Of a stretch of 37,030 bases of DNA, positions 10,159-20,868 are shown piece by piece. Source of the stretch: Desulfovibrionaceae bacterium. Lineage in GTDB: Bacteria; Desulfobacterota; Desulfovibrionia; Desulfovibrionales; Desulfovibrionaceae. The stretch covers positions 1-37,030 of the forward strand of contig CAAGJV010000123.1 of NCBI GenBank assembly GCA_900770205.1, given 5' to 3'. The notes beneath the pieces are model-generated. The model had not been told where the DNA came from and did no database searches. It was given only the letters and a program-made list of their open reading frames with translations. The position numbers and the translations under genes are program-made. The number at the start of each line of letters is the position of its first letter. Positions within the stretch are counted from its first letter, which is position 1.

Positions 10159-11216
10159 ATATTCTCCTGATGAAGTGGTTTTTCAGGATACACCAGTGTT
10201 CTTTCAGCCTCAAGGTCTTCCCATGTGCCTTTAATGGCCGCAGCTATGGCTTCCATATGCGTATCTGTCGTTCCGCAGCATCCTCCAAAAAGGCGAAGGC
10301 TAAAATCCCTCCTCAGCCTGAGCATGCCTTGTGCAAGCTCTTCGGGAAGGGTTTGGCAAGTTTTCCTGGCTTTTTCCAGCTCTTCAAAGGAAAGCCTGGC
10401 GGCATTTGCCTGAATACCAAGAAAGCGGCTTCGCACTGCCGGCGTATTATTGCAAGGATGGGAAAGCGCCTCGTAAACAACATCAGGATGAACACAGTTG
10501 CTCATATAACAAAGAGGGCGTGGAGAAACTTCCCCGTCAATAATGTCTATGGCCGTATGGAGCGGCGTTCCGTCTACAAGGCATCCATCGGCACGCAGGG
10601 TAAAGCTCATGATGGCAGGCAGGCCGGTATTCGCCATGGCACGAGCCATGCCAAGGGCCTCCGGCAATGCCGGCATAAGCGCCGCATAAAGAAAATCCGC
10701 TCCGGCCTCGGCAAAGGCACAGGTTTCCCACTGATGAAAACGTTCCGCTTCGCATGCAGAAAGGCAGCCTTCTCCCGTATAAGCATCTCCTCTGCACCCC
10801 AGAAGAGCCCCTGCGAACATGGAAAGGCCAAGATCATCTGCCTCTTTCTGAATCATTTTCAAAAGAGCCATGTTTTCAGAGAAAAGAGAATAAATCTTTA
10901 CGTTCTCTTTTCCATAGGCCTGCGTAGCACGTTCCTGATTAAAGCGTCTTGTCGGCGTTGTGGCAAGAAAGGGGAAACTATACCTCTCCGCAATATGAAG
11001 ATACTGCCGCCATAAATGCAGCAGGGCGTTTCTTCCATCTTCTCTGCATACAAGATCCGCCATAGCGATGCTGCCATTGAACGTAAGATGAAATTCATGC
11101 TTCAGCCTCTCTCCAAGAGCCCCTTCCATAAGAAAAAGCCCTCTCTCCTGCCAGCACTGCCGCAAAGCCTGGCTCCGTGAATGTTCCTTTTCTCTAAGCG
11201 TGCCTTGTTTCATCAT
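10155..11216 (-). CDS. Stand-alone homocysteine S-methyltransferase family protein
   Basis: EGALGERL, GDAY, DGTPL, Zn-ligand motifs NCVHP and GGCCGT. Confidence 0.85.
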   Translation of the reverse strand: MMKQGTLREKEHSRSQALRQCWQERGLFLMEGALGERLKHEFHLTFNGSIAMADLVCREDGRNALLHLWRQYLHIAERYSFPFLATTPTRRFNQERATQAYGKENVKIYSLFSENMALLKMIQKEADDLGLSMFAGALLGCRGDAYTGEGCLSACEAERFHQWETCAFAEAGADFLYAALMPALPEALGMARAMANTGLPAIMSFTLRADGCLVDGTPLHTAIDIIDGEVSPRPLCYMSNCVHPDVVYEALSHPCNNTPAVRSRFLGIQANAARLSFEELEKARKTCQTLPEELAQGMLRLRRDFSLRLFGGCCGTTDTHMEAIAAAIKGTWEDLEAERTLVYPEKPLHQENI

Positions 11217-11247
11217 TCGTTCTTTTCCTCAAACGGAACATTATAAA

Positions 11248-11274
11248 GAAAGCCGCGGACAAACCGCGGCTTTC
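11248..11274 (-). terminator. Hairpin terminator after hppA
   Basis: GAAAGCCGCGG-5 nt-CCGCGGCTTTC stem; TTT follows on the minus strand. Confidence 0.7.
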
Positions 11275-11314
11275 CAGTTTTCAGTGTGCAGCGGAAACTT
11301 CCGCAGAAAGGCTT

Positions 11315-13393
11315 TTAGGCAAGAGCCTGAAGAAGAAGCAGCGCCACGATGTTGATGATCTTAATCATGGGGTTAACGGCAGGGCCGGCCGTGTCCTTAT
11401 AAGGATCGCCAACGGTATCACCGGTAACGGCAGCCTTGTGGGCATCGGAACCCTTGCCGCCGAAATTGCCTTCTTCAATGTATTTCTTGGCATTATCCCA
11501 AGCACCGCCGCCGGAAGTCATGGAAATAGCCACGAACAGGCCGGTAACGATGGTGCCCATGAGCATGGCGCCAAGTGAAGCAAAGGCCGCAGCCTGTCCG
11601 CCGCAGGCCTTGATTACATAGTACACCACCACAGGGGCGAGTACAGGAAGAAGGGAAGGAACGATCATTTCCTTAATGGCAGAACGCGTAAGCATATCAA
11701 CGCAGGCGCTGTAGTCGGGCTTTCCGGTTCCTTCCATGATGCCGGGAATATTGTGGAACTGACGGCGCACTTCCACCACCACGGCGGCACCGGCACGGCC
11801 AACGGCCTTCATGCCCATGGCGCCGAAAAGATAGGGAAGCAGGCCGCCAACGAACAGGCCGACCAGAACATACGGATCCTGAAGAGCGAAACGCACATCA
11901 AGATTGGGGAAATACCGGCTCAAATCCTCGGTATAGGAGGCAAACAGAACAAGCGCAGCCAGAGCGGCGGAACCGATGGCATAGCCCTTCGTAACGGCCT
12001 TTGTTGTATTGCCAACAGCGTCAAGGGCATCCGTCGTTTCACGGATGTCTTCAGGCAAGCCAGACATTTCGGCAATGCCGCCCGCGTTGTCGGTCACAGG
12101 GCCATAGGCATCGAGAGCAACAATCATGCCGGCAAGAGCCAGCATGGTGGTAGCGGCAAGAGAAATACCGAACAGGCCAGCCTGCGTGTAGGCAAAAAGA
12201 ATGCCTGCACAGATAATGATCACAGGAGCGGCACAGGCTTCCATGGAAACGGCAAGGCCCTGAATGACGTTAGTACCGTGACCGGTGGTGGAAGCTTTGG
12301 AAATGCTGCGTACCGGGCGATAGGAGGTAGACGTGTAATATTCCGTAACCACCACGATAAGCCCGGTAACGATAAGGCCGGTAAGGCTGCACAGAAGAAG
12401 ATTGAAGCCATTGAAGCCTATGCCCTGAATGGTCATGCTCTTTTCATCCCAGAACACAAACATGGTCACGAGGGCAATGAGCACGGCGGAAATAACGGCC
12501 GTTGCAATAAGCCCCTTATACAGGGCACGCATGATCTTACCGTCGCTTCCAAGCTTGACGAAGAAAGTACCGAGCACAGAAGCAATGATGCACACGCCGC
12601 TGATGAGCAGAGGGAACATCATCATCTTTGTCTGGAGAGCGCCTTCAAAGAAGATGGAGGCCAGAAGCATAGTGGCCACAACCGTCACAGCATAGGTTTC
12701 AAAAAGGTCGGCGGCCATACCCGCGCAGTCACCTACGTTGTCGCCCACGTTGTCGGCAATAACGGCAGGGTTGCGGGGGTCGTCTTCAGGAATGCCGGCT
12801 TCCACCTTGCCCACAAGGTCGGCGCCAACGTCAGCGCCTTTGGTGAAGATGCCGCCGCCAAGACGGGCAAAAATGGAAATGAGAGAAGCACCGAAGGAAA
12901 GGGCCACCAGCGCCTGCATGATCTGTTCCGTGGAAACGCCGAAGATGGCAAGCACCGCATAGTAGACGGAAACGCCGAGCAGGCCGAGTCCAACCACCAG
13001 CATACCGGTGATAGCGCCAGACTGGAAGGAGATATTCAGCGCTGGCACCATGCCCTTTTCAGCAGCAGCGGCCGTGCGTACATTGGCGCGGACAGAAACG
13101 TTCATACCAATGAAGCCGGCAAGGCCGGAAAGCACGGCGCCGAGAACGAAGCCAAGAGCCGTAAGGAAAGACATGGAGAAAAGAAGGAGAACCGTCACCA
13201 CAGCGCCAACGATGGCGATGGTGCGGTACTGGCGCTTCAGATAGGCCTGAGCGCCTTCCTGAATAGCGCCGGCAATGCGCTGCATATCCTCATTGCCAGT
13301 GGAAGCGGCGAGGATGTTTTTGGCCGTCTTGAAGGCGTAATACAGCGCAAATGCCGCACACGCAAAGACGATTACCAGAGAAAAGAAAGTCAT
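11315..13393 (-). CDS. hppA: Membrane-bound proton-translocating pyrophosphatase, K+-independent type
   Basis: [45 protein letters not shown] (Lys signature), [19 protein letters not shown]; start set at ATG 13393. Confidence 0.96.
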   Translation of the reverse strand: MTFFSLVIVFACAAFALYYAFKTAKNILAASTGNEDMQRIAGAIQEGAQAYLKRQYRTIAIVGAVVTVLLLFSMSFLTALGFVLGAVLSGLAGFIGMNVSVRANVRTAAAAEKGMVPALNISFQSGAITGMLVVGLGLLGVSVYYAVLAIFGVSTEQIMQALVALSFGASLISIFARLGGGIFTKGADVGADLVGKVEAGIPEDDPRNPAVIADNVGDNVGDCAGMAADLFETYAVTVVATMLLASIFFEGALQTKMMMFPLLISGVCIIASVLGTFFVKLGSDGKIMRALYKGLIATAVISAVLIALVTMFVFWDEKSMTIQGIGFNGFNLLLCSLTGLIVTGLIVVVTEYYTSTSYRPVRSISKASTTGHGTNVIQGLAVSMEACAAPVIIICAGILFAYTQAGLFGISLAATTMLALAGMIVALDAYGPVTDNAGGIAEMSGLPEDIRETTDALDAVGNTTKAVTKGYAIGSAALAALVLFASYTEDLSRYFPNLDVRFALQDPYVLVGLFVGGLLPYLFGAMGMKAVGRAGAAVVVEVRRQFHNIPGIMEGTGKPDYSACVDMLTRSAIKEMIVPSLLPVLAPVVVYYVIKACGGQAAAFASLGAMLMGTIVTGLFVAISMTSGGGAWDNAKKYIEEGNFGGKGSDAHKAAVTGDTVGDPYKDTAGPAVNPMIKIINIVALLLLQALA

Positions 13394-13600
13394 ACATACC
13401 CCCGACAGGTAAGCTGAAAGTGAATATTGTACGGCAGGTTGCCCCGCCAGGAACTCCCTGCATTTAAGGAATGACAAGAGTATAAAAATTCCCCGCCAAT
13501 GACAAGCCTCGCAGCACGCCGCCTTTCCGCCGCAGCTTGCCTCTTGCGGCCTCCTTTCCATCAGGCTAGAATATATGCCACATCTTTTCAGGAGAATACC

Positions 13601-16264
13601 ATGTCTTTAAAGCAGCGGCTCGGCTTCACAGAGGAACCTCTTTATGTGATGGACGGCAATGCCTTTCTGTTCCGGGGTTTCTTTGCCAATTCCGGAATGT
13701 CACGGTCAGACGGATTTCCCACAGGGGCGCTGCATATTGTGGGGCGTGTTCTTTTAAAACTCCTGAGGGAAGAAAAACCCAGACATTTTGCCTTTATCAT
13801 GGATGGGCATGGCAGGCATTTCAGGCACGAGATTTTTCCTCCATACAAAGCCAACCGCCCACCGGTTCCCGAAGATCTCCTCCGGCAGATAGAGCCTCTC
13901 CAGGAGCTCGTTCGATCTCTGGGTCTTAAGGTTCTCATTTCTGAAGGCTGCGAGGCGGACGACTATATTGCAAGCCTTGCTTCCCGTTTCGGCCCTGAGC
14001 GCCCCGTTGTCATCATAGGCATGGATAAAGACCTGCGCCAGTGCCTGTCCCCCCATGTTGTCATGTGGGATCCCGCCTCCAGAGAAGAAAAGATTGTCAC
14101 GCTCGCTTCCTTTCAGGAAGAAACAGGGCTGGAGCCCTGGCAATGGCCCGATGTTCAGGCCCTCATAGGAGACAGTGCAGACAACGTTCCCGGTGTCAAG
14201 GGAATAGGGGAAAAAACAGCGGAAAAACTGTTCCGGGATTTCAGAAATCTTGAAGATGTTCGCCAGCGCATGAGCGAAGTTCCTCCTTCCATACGGAAAA
14301 AACTGGAAGGAAACGAAGAAGCCATGTTCCTGTACCGGGAACTGACGAAGCTGCATACCGACTGCTGCCCGCAGACGCTGGAGGACCTTTCCGTTTCCCC
14401 CATGAAAAAACAGCAAGCCCGCACCTTCCTGCGGGAATATGAAATGAACGCTCTTCTGCGTGAACTCGACAGTCTCATCCGACAGGGCATTCTTTCTCTG
14501 CTGGATGATGAGGAAGACTCTGCCCCTGAATCTGCCGTCTCCGTCCGTGCAGGATGCCAGCTCTCTCTTTTCGACAGCGCCCCTTCTTCCTTTTCTCTGA
14601 AAGAAACGAACGACATATCAACGCTTCCTTCCTGCACTGGCGGCGTTATTGCCGTGACCCCCGCTCCGGTAGTGAACCGTTCTCAGAAAAGCGGTATGTG
14701 CATCGCCGTGCAAAAAGGCTCAGCCGTGGAAGAAAGGCTTTTTTCCGGGAGCATGCAAAACCTGGCGAAATGGGCATCTTCTGCATCCATGGTGGTTTTG
14801 CCGGATATGAAGAGGCTTCTGCATACGCACAGGGCATGGAAGACTCTCTCTCCTGAACAGTGCTTCGACCTTGGCCTTGCATCCTACCTTCTTGCCCCGG
14901 AAACACGCGACTACGGCTGGCCCAGCCTTTGTGCCCGCCAATCTGAACAGAGCGGCATTTCCATGGAACGCCCTGCATCCATAGCCCTTTCCCTTTACGG
15001 CGACATGCTGAAACGCCTTGAACACGATGGTCTGCTCAAACTTTTAAAAACCATGGAAATGCCGCTTATTCCAGTACTGGTCGACATGGAAGAAGCCGGC
15101 ATTACCATCGATCAAAAAGCCCTGAAAGAATTTCTGGTTGAAGTCCAGCATGAGCTCGATTCTCTTACCAGGCGCATTTACGAGGAAGCAGGGCAAACCT
15201 TCAATATCCGCTCGGCGCAGCAGATCGGCGAGATACTTTTTAAAAAGCTGGGCCTCTCTGCAGCAAAATCCACAAAGGGAGGGCAGGCATCTACCTCGCA
15301 GGCAGTTCTGGAAAAACTTTCCGGTCAGCACCCCGTTGTTGATGCCCTTCTGGAATACCGAAAACTCGAAAAAATACGCTCTACCTACCTTGACCCCCTG
15401 CCGCGACTTGCAGACGAATCCGGACGCATCCACACCACTTTTAATCAGACGGCAACAGCAACAGGCAGACTTTCCTCCAGCAATCCTAATCTGCAGAACA
15501 TTCCCGTCCGAGGAGATCTTGGAAGGCGTATGCGTACCTGCTTCACAGCCTCCCCCGGCAAAAAGCTCATTTCTGCCGACTACTCCCAGGTGGAACTGAG
15601 AGTTCTCGCCCACTATTCTCAAGACCCTACCCTGCTTGCCGCTTTCCGCAGCCATGAAGATATCCATACACGCACGGCGGCGCTCCTTTACGATAAGGAT
15701 CCTTCGCAGATAGGCCCCGATGAACGCCGCAAAGCAAAAACCATCAATTTCGGCCTCATCTATGGCATGGGTGCGCGCAAGCTCGGGCAGGATCTAGGCA
15801 TTTCCCTTGCCGAAGCCCGTGGATTTATCGAACGGTATTTTGCCAGGTTTGCTCATATCAAGGAATTTTTCGACGGCGTGGAAAACGATGCGCGGAAAAA
15901 CGGCTTTGTCACCACGCTTTCCGGCAGAAGAAGGCCCCTGCCGGATATGCTCTCCCAGAGCGGACAGGCACGCGCCCTTGCGGAAAGGCAGGCTGTCAAC
16001 ACCCTTATTCAGGGTTCCGCAGCCGACCTTATAAAATTTGCCATGCTTTCCGTTCATACCGATGGAGAACTCAAATCCATGGGAGCCAGACTGCTTCTGC
16101 AGATCCACGATGAACTCATCGTGGAAGTTCCTGAACTTCACGCAGAAGATGCGGCAAAAAAACTCTCGCTTCTCATGACGGATACCTCCCCCTGGGGAAT
16201 CAGCCTCCATGTCCCCTTGGTGGCAGAGGCCGGAATCGGGCACAACTGGGGAGAATCCCATTAA
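13601..16264 (+). CDS. polA: DNA polymerase I
   Basis: 5'-3' exonuclease motifs ([30 protein letters not shown]); polymerase motifs [39 protein letters not shown]. Confidence 0.98.
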   Translation: MSLKQRLGFTEEPLYVMDGNAFLFRGFFANSGMSRSDGFPTGALHIVGRVLLKLLREEKPRHFAFIMDGHGRHFRHEIFPPYKANRPPVPEDLLRQIEPLQELVRSLGLKVLISEGCEADDYIASLASRFGPERPVVIIGMDKDLRQCLSPHVVMWDPASREEKIVTLASFQEETGLEPWQWPDVQALIGDSADNVPGVKGIGEKTAEKLFRDFRNLEDVRQRMSEVPPSIRKKLEGNEEAMFLYRELTKLHTDCCPQTLEDLSVSPMKKQQARTFLREYEMNALLRELDSLIRQGILSLLDDEEDSAPESAVSVRAGCQLSLFDSAPSSFSLKETNDISTLPSCTGGVIAVTPAPVVNRSQKSGMCIAVQKGSAVEERLFSGSMQNLAKWASSASMVVLPDMKRLLHTHRAWKTLSPEQCFDLGLASYLLAPETRDYGWPSLCARQSEQSGISMERPASIALSLYGDMLKRLEHDGLLKLLKTMEMPLIPVLVDMEEAGITIDQKALKEFLVEVQHELDSLTRRIYEEAGQTFNIRSAQQIGEILFKKLGLSAAKSTKGGQASTSQAVLEKLSGQHPVVDALLEYRKLEKIRSTYLDPLPRLADESGRIHTTFNQTATATGRLSSSNPNLQNIPVRGDLGRRMRTCFTASPGKKLISADYSQVELRVLAHYSQDPTLLAAFRSHEDIHTRTAALLYDKDPSQIGPDERRKAKTINFGLIYGMGARKLGQDLGISLAEARGFIERYFARFAHIKEFFDGVENDARKNGFVTTLSGRRRPLPDMLSQSGQARALAERQAVNTLIQGSAADLIKFAMLSVHTDGELKSMGARLLLQIHDELIVEVPELHAEDAAKKLSLLMTDTSPWGISLHVPLVAEAGIGHNWGESH

Positions 16265-16343
16265 TTCTTCAAGCGTTCCCTCCTAGGAACTCTTCCCTTC
16301 CCAGCCTTTGCTGTAACGTATCTTTTATTCGCAGGTGAACTTC

Positions 16344-18251
16344 ATGGCCCTTCTTTCCCTTCAGAACGCAAGCCTGACTCTTGGCAACCGACTTCTTCTC
16401 GACCGCACGGATATTTTTGTTGAACAGGGGGACAGACTCTGCATTGTCGGCCGCAACGGCGTAGGAAAATCATCCCTCATGGCTGTACTTGCAGGCCGTC
16501 TTTCCCTCGACGGAGGAGAACGGCACGAAGAACCGGGCCTGAGCATAGGCTATGTCCAGCAGGCCGTTCCCGAACACTGGAAAGGATCCGTATTCAGTGT
16601 CACTGCCGATGCTCTCGGCGCAGAAGGAAAATTTCTTTCCGCGGCACACCTCATTGCCTCCAACCGCAGAGATCTTCTGTCTGCAGAAGATGCCGAAAAA
16701 GCCGATCTCATCATGGCGCACGGAGAAGTATGGGAAAAACATGGCGATGTTCTTGGCATTATCAACAGCCTGGCCCTCGATCCGGAGGCCGATTTTTCCA
16801 CGCTTTCAGGAGGAACCCGCAGGCGCGTTGCCCTAGCGCGTGCGCTTATCGCCTCCGATGTGCTGCTTCTCGATGAACCGACAAACCATCTGGATATAAA
16901 CACCATCAGCTGGCTGGAAGAATATCTGGCCAGGCAGTCCAGAACTCTGGTCTTCATCAGCCACGATAAGGCCTTCGTAAGAAGGCTCTCCTCCCGCATC
17001 GTTGAACTCGACAGGGCAAAACTCTACAGTTACGCCTGCAGTTTCGATACCTATCTCAGCCGAAGAGAAGAACGCCTTCATGCCGAAGACATGCAGAATG
17101 CCGTGTTCGACAAAAAACTGGCTCAGGAGGAAATCTGGATACGCCAGGGGATAAAAGCAAGGCGCACTCGCAATATGGGCCGCGTACGCGAACTTATAAA
17201 GATGCGCGAGGAACGTTCTGCCCGCCGCGAGAGAATGGGCACGGCAAATCTTCAGGTACAGGAAGCAGAAAAGTCCGGGAAACTCGTTGCCGAGTTAAAA
17301 AACGTTTCCTTTACCTGGCCAGACGGCTATAAAGTTTTTGAAAACGCTTCCCTTATTATCCAGAGAGGAGACAAAATAGGCCTCATCGGCAGCAACGGAG
17401 CCGGAAAAACAACTTTTCTGCGCGTTCTTCTGGGAGAATTACAGCCAAGTTCCGGCACGGTACGGCTCGGAAGCAACCTTGAAGTTGCCTACTTCGACCA
17501 GCTGCGCAACGTCCTCGATAATGAAAAAAGCGTGATGGAGAATGTTGCCGAAGGAAATGATCAGGTGATCATCAATGGTTCTCCCAGGCATGTTGCCAGC
17601 TATCTTCAGGATTTTCTGTTCGACTCAAGCCGCCTGAGGACGCCTGTCGGTCTGCTTTCAGGAGGGGAACGCAACAGGCTGCTGCTTGCCAAGCTGTTCA
17701 CACGACCTTCCAATATGCTGGTCCTCGATGAACCAACCAACGATCTTGATGCGGAAACTCTCGACCTGCTGGAAGAAATGCTTGCCGCTTACAAGGGCAC
17801 CGTTATTGTTGTCAGCCACGACAGAGCCTTTCTCGATGAGCTCGTCACCAGTACCATAGCTCTGGAAGGAAATGGCGTCGTCCGAGATTATGTGGGAGGA
17901 TATACCGACTATCTTCGCCAAAAACAAAGCAGCAGCGAAAAAAAGGCAAAAAACTCCTCGCAGGAAACATGGAAGGAAAACGCCCCCAAAAAACGCAAAC
18001 TGTCCTATAAGGAACAGCAGGAAAAAATTGCTCTGGAAAAAGAACAGGAAGAAATGCCCCATCGCCTTGAAGCTCTGGAAAAGGAGCAAAAAGAACTTGA
18101 GGAACTTCTTGCCGACCCCGACCTCTTCAGCCGCAATCCCGAATCCTTCAACAAGGGCATTGCCCGCCTGCCTCAGCTGGAAGAAGAGGAACTTGCCCTT
18201 CTTGAACGGGCCGATGCCATAGAAGAGCGACTAAAAGAGCTGACATTATGA
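16344..18251 (+). CDS. uup: ABC-F family ATPase, Uup-like
   Basis: Two ABC cassettes (GRNGVGKS/LSGG/DEPTNHLD and GSNGAGKT/LSGGE/DEPTNDLD), WIRQGIKARRTRN linker, KLSYKEQ C-terminal coiled coil. Confidence 0.92.
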   Translation: MALLSLQNASLTLGNRLLLDRTDIFVEQGDRLCIVGRNGVGKSSLMAVLAGRLSLDGGERHEEPGLSIGYVQQAVPEHWKGSVFSVTADALGAEGKFLSAAHLIASNRRDLLSAEDAEKADLIMAHGEVWEKHGDVLGIINSLALDPEADFSTLSGGTRRRVALARALIASDVLLLDEPTNHLDINTISWLEEYLARQSRTLVFISHDKAFVRRLSSRIVELDRAKLYSYACSFDTYLSRREERLHAEDMQNAVFDKKLAQEEIWIRQGIKARRTRNMGRVRELIKMREERSARRERMGTANLQVQEAEKSGKLVAELKNVSFTWPDGYKVFENASLIIQRGDKIGLIGSNGAGKTTFLRVLLGELQPSSGTVRLGSNLEVAYFDQLRNVLDNEKSVMENVAEGNDQVIINGSPRHVASYLQDFLFDSSRLRTPVGLLSGGERNRLLLAKLFTRPSNMLVLDEPTNDLDAETLDLLEEMLAAYKGTVIVVSHDRAFLDELVTSTIALEGNGVVRDYVGGYTDYLRQKQSSSEKKAKNSSQETWKENAPKKRKLSYKEQQEKIALEKEQEEMPHRLEALEKEQKELEELLADPDLFSRNPESFNKGIARLPQLEEEELALLERADAIEERLKELTL

Positions 18252-18345
18252 TTCATCCCGATACACTTTCCATGTCTTGATTTTTCTGTTGCAGGAATGC
18301 TCTTACCTTTAGTATGCTGACACGAGACACACTATGAGGTGAACC

Positions 18346-18696
18346 ATGGATACCGCAAGAAAAGAAGCTCTCATACAGGCCGGCATAGACATCGACTCCA
18401 CCCTGGAACGCTTCATGAATAATGAAGCACTGATGGAACGCTTCTGGCAGAAATTTCCCAATGACAAAAGCTATGCCGAACTTATGGATGCCATTGCTGC
18501 CGATGACAAGGCAAAAGCCATCACTTCCATACACACCTTCAAGGGCGTATGCGGCACTCTGGGCTTTACCGATATGTACAAAACCACTGTTCAGATAGAA
18601 TCTCTCATGCGCTCAGGCCAGTGGGACGAAGCCCTGAATGCCATGCCCATGCTTGAAAAGCTCTACAGGCATGTCTGTTCTGTCGTTGGAGATTAA
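18346..18696 (+). CDS. Stand-alone Hpt (histidine phosphotransfer) domain protein
   Basis: GIDI...LERF N-terminus and HTFKGVCGTLG phospho-His motif; GAGGTG RBS. Confidence 0.88.
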   Translation: MDTARKEALIQAGIDIDSTLERFMNNEALMERFWQKFPNDKSYAELMDAIAADDKAKAITSIHTFKGVCGTLGFTDMYKTTVQIESLMRSGQWDEALNAMPMLEKLYRHVCSVVGD

Positions 18697-18720
18697 CAGA
18701 GTATTCCTGCGGAGGATCGT

Positions 18721-19254
18721 ATGCCCCAGCAAAGCAAAGAAACGCACTACCTCTTTCGGTGGGACAAACTCGGCGATATCGCCGTTGGCCGGCAGAACCT
18801 CGGGCAGTTTGTTCCCGTACAGATATACCGTATGCTCGAATACAGCCTGAACCATGTTCTGTTTGAAGAATTCGGCCCGGAAAAGTGCGATGAAATTTTC
18901 CGCAAGGCCGGCCATCTGGCCGGGATGGAATATGCCAGAAATGTTCTTCCGCTGGATGCATCCCCAAGCAGGTTCTTTTCCGTACTCCAGAATTCCCTGG
19001 CAGACCTCATGGTAGGTATTCTGCGTGTTGAAAAGGCTGATTTCGATGAGGGAGAGTTTATCCTTACTGTTCATGAAGATCTCGACTGCAGCGGCCTTCA
19101 GCCTACCAATGAGCTGGTATGCCATTACGATGAAGGCTTTATTTCCGGCATAATAGAAGTCTACACAGGACGAACCTGCACCGTAAGGGAAATAGACTGC
19201 TGGGCCATCGGAGAAAGGGTATGCCGCTTCAGAGGAAACTTTGACCATGACTGA
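18721..19254 (+). CDS. Stand-alone V4R domain protein
   Basis: AGHLAG, EDLDCSG, VCHYDEGFISG, REIDCWAIGERVCRF. Confidence 0.9.
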   Translation: MPQQSKETHYLFRWDKLGDIAVGRQNLGQFVPVQIYRMLEYSLNHVLFEEFGPEKCDEIFRKAGHLAGMEYARNVLPLDASPSRFFSVLQNSLADLMVGILRVEKADFDEGEFILTVHEDLDCSGLQPTNELVCHYDEGFISGIIEVYTGRTCTVREIDCWAIGERVCRFRGNFDHD

Positions 19255-20131
19255 CGACGAAAAGGGAATCACGCTCCTCAGTGCCTATGTCGGCGATATT
19301 CTGAACGATCCAAGGCATGCTTCTCTCAATTCAGATTCTCTCCCTGAACCTCTGCATAATCTGGGAGAAAAACTTGCACTGCTCGGCCTCTATCTTAAAG
19401 AAGCCCAGGAGCTTTCTGAAACCCTTGCGGCAGGCAAAATAACCACATTCTGCTCCACGCATCGCGAAAACACTTTTATTGCACCTTTAAAAACGCTGCA
19501 GTCCAATCTGCTGCACCTGGCGTGGACGGCACGCTGCATTTCCGAAGGCGATGACAATCAGCATATTTCCTTCATGTCTGATCTTTCTTCTGCCTTCAAT
19601 ACTATGATTGAACGGCACAAAGAACAGAAGGCAGCCCTTGAACAGATAGCCAGCATGGATGCGCTGACAGGGGTAGGCAACCGAATGGCCTTCAACCGTG
19701 ATATTCATGCTCTGTGGCAACAGAACAAGGATTTTTCCATGGCCTTTATCGACCTGGATAACCTCAAATTCTGCAACGACAGCCGCGGCCATGCCGAAGG
19801 CGACAGGTATATTCTGACGACATGCGCCGCACTGAAAGCAAAGTTTTCCCATAATTGCCGGCTGTACAGAATAGGCGGCGATGAATTTGCCCTTCTTTCA
19901 GAAACTCTGCAGGAAAACGCGCTTTCTTCCGGCCTTCAGGCTTGCAGAAATACCTTTCTTAAGGAATACGGAAGCCATTTTGAAGTACAGCGTTCGTTCA
20001 GTTTCGGCTGTGTTCATGCCACAGCAGGAGAAAGAGGATCCCTTGATTCCTTTATCGCAAAGGCCGATAAGCTCATGTACGCAGATAAAGGACGCGCAGA
20101 CAGGCTCGTGGCCAGAAACTCCCAGGCATAA
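19247..20131 (+). CDS. Cytoplasmic diguanylate cyclase (GGDEF)
   Basis: DALTGVGNR, DLDNLKFCND..GH..GD, RIGGDEF, ADKLMY..K; start is ATG 19247 or TTG 19241. Confidence 0.92.
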   Translation: MTDDEKGITLLSAYVGDILNDPRHASLNSDSLPEPLHNLGEKLALLGLYLKEAQELSETLAAGKITTFCSTHRENTFIAPLKTLQSNLLHLAWTARCISEGDDNQHISFMSDLSSAFNTMIERHKEQKAALEQIASMDALTGVGNRMAFNRDIHALWQQNKDFSMAFIDLDNLKFCNDSRGHAEGDRYILTTCAALKAKFSHNCRLYRIGGDEFALLSETLQENALSSGLQACRNTFLKEYGSHFEVQRSFSFGCVHATAGERGSLDSFIAKADKLMYADKGRADRLVARNSQA

Positions 20132-20259
20132 CCCATCTATCAACACTCCCATGCTCTGCCGGGAATAGATGGCCTCCTCTCAGCGACAAAAGATATCTTC
20201 CAGAAACAGGTATTCGATACTGCATTCCCTCTCATCAACAATACCTGCAGGATTGTTAA

Positions 20260-20868
20260 TTGTGCACCTCCCTTAATTTTCAGGAAAAGTTCCGGCTGCG
20301 AGCAGAACTCACATGCAAAAGAGAATCTCTTGCCTCAGGAGAGGCAGGAAAGCGCCGCTCCATACTCCTGCAGAAAAGGCTTCTAAAAAGCCGTTTCTGG
20401 GAAGAATGCAACCGCATTGCCCTTTATTTTTCCGTGCGGAGCGAAGCCGGAACGGAACTTCTCCTTCATGAGGCATGGAAACAGGGAAAAACCGTCTTTC
20501 TTCCGCACTGCAGGGAAAATGAACCGGGAATGATGGACATGATCGCCTGCAGCAGCATGGAAGAAACTGTGCCCTCCCGTTTCGGTATTCCCGAACCTGT
20601 GAAAAAAGCATCTTCCCGCATTCTTTCCGCGGCGGAACTCTCTTCTAAGGAAACGCTTATCATTGTTCCCGCTCTTGCGTTCGATAGAAGGGGCTTCCGC
20701 CTGGGCTACGGCGGAGGATATTACGACAGGCTGCTTGCCTCCGCTCTCTGCCCGAAAGCAGGCCTTTCCTACCACGGCCTTGTTCTGGATGCGCTCCCTC
20801 GCGATCCGTGGGATGTTTCCGTTGATACCGTATGCACAGAGGAGGAACTTCTTTGCTTCCATCCATGA
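20260..20868 (+). CDS. 5-formyltetrahydrofolate cyclo-ligase
   Basis: FGIPEP, IVPALAFDRRGFRLGYGGGYYDR, PWDV; start uncertain (TTG). Confidence 0.93.
   Translation: MCTSLNFQEKFRLRAELTCKRESLASGEAGKRRSILLQKRLLKSRFWEECNRIALYFSVRSEAGTELLLHEAWKQGKTVFLPHCRENEPGMMDMIACSSMEETVPSRFGIPEPVKKASSRILSAAELSSKETLIIVPALAFDRRGFRLGYGGGYYDRLLASALCPKAGLSYHGLVLDALPRDPWDVSVDTVCTEEELLCFHP

Noticed and set aside
11753..13417. 554-aa plus-strand ORF opposite hppA
   Set aside because: Antisense shadow of a clearly conserved gene
20131..20260. Possible 6S RNA upstream of the 5-formyl-THF cyclo-ligase gene
   Set aside because: Gap is only ~130 nt with one short IR (CCATCTAT/ATAGATGG); no long 6S-like rod with a central bubble
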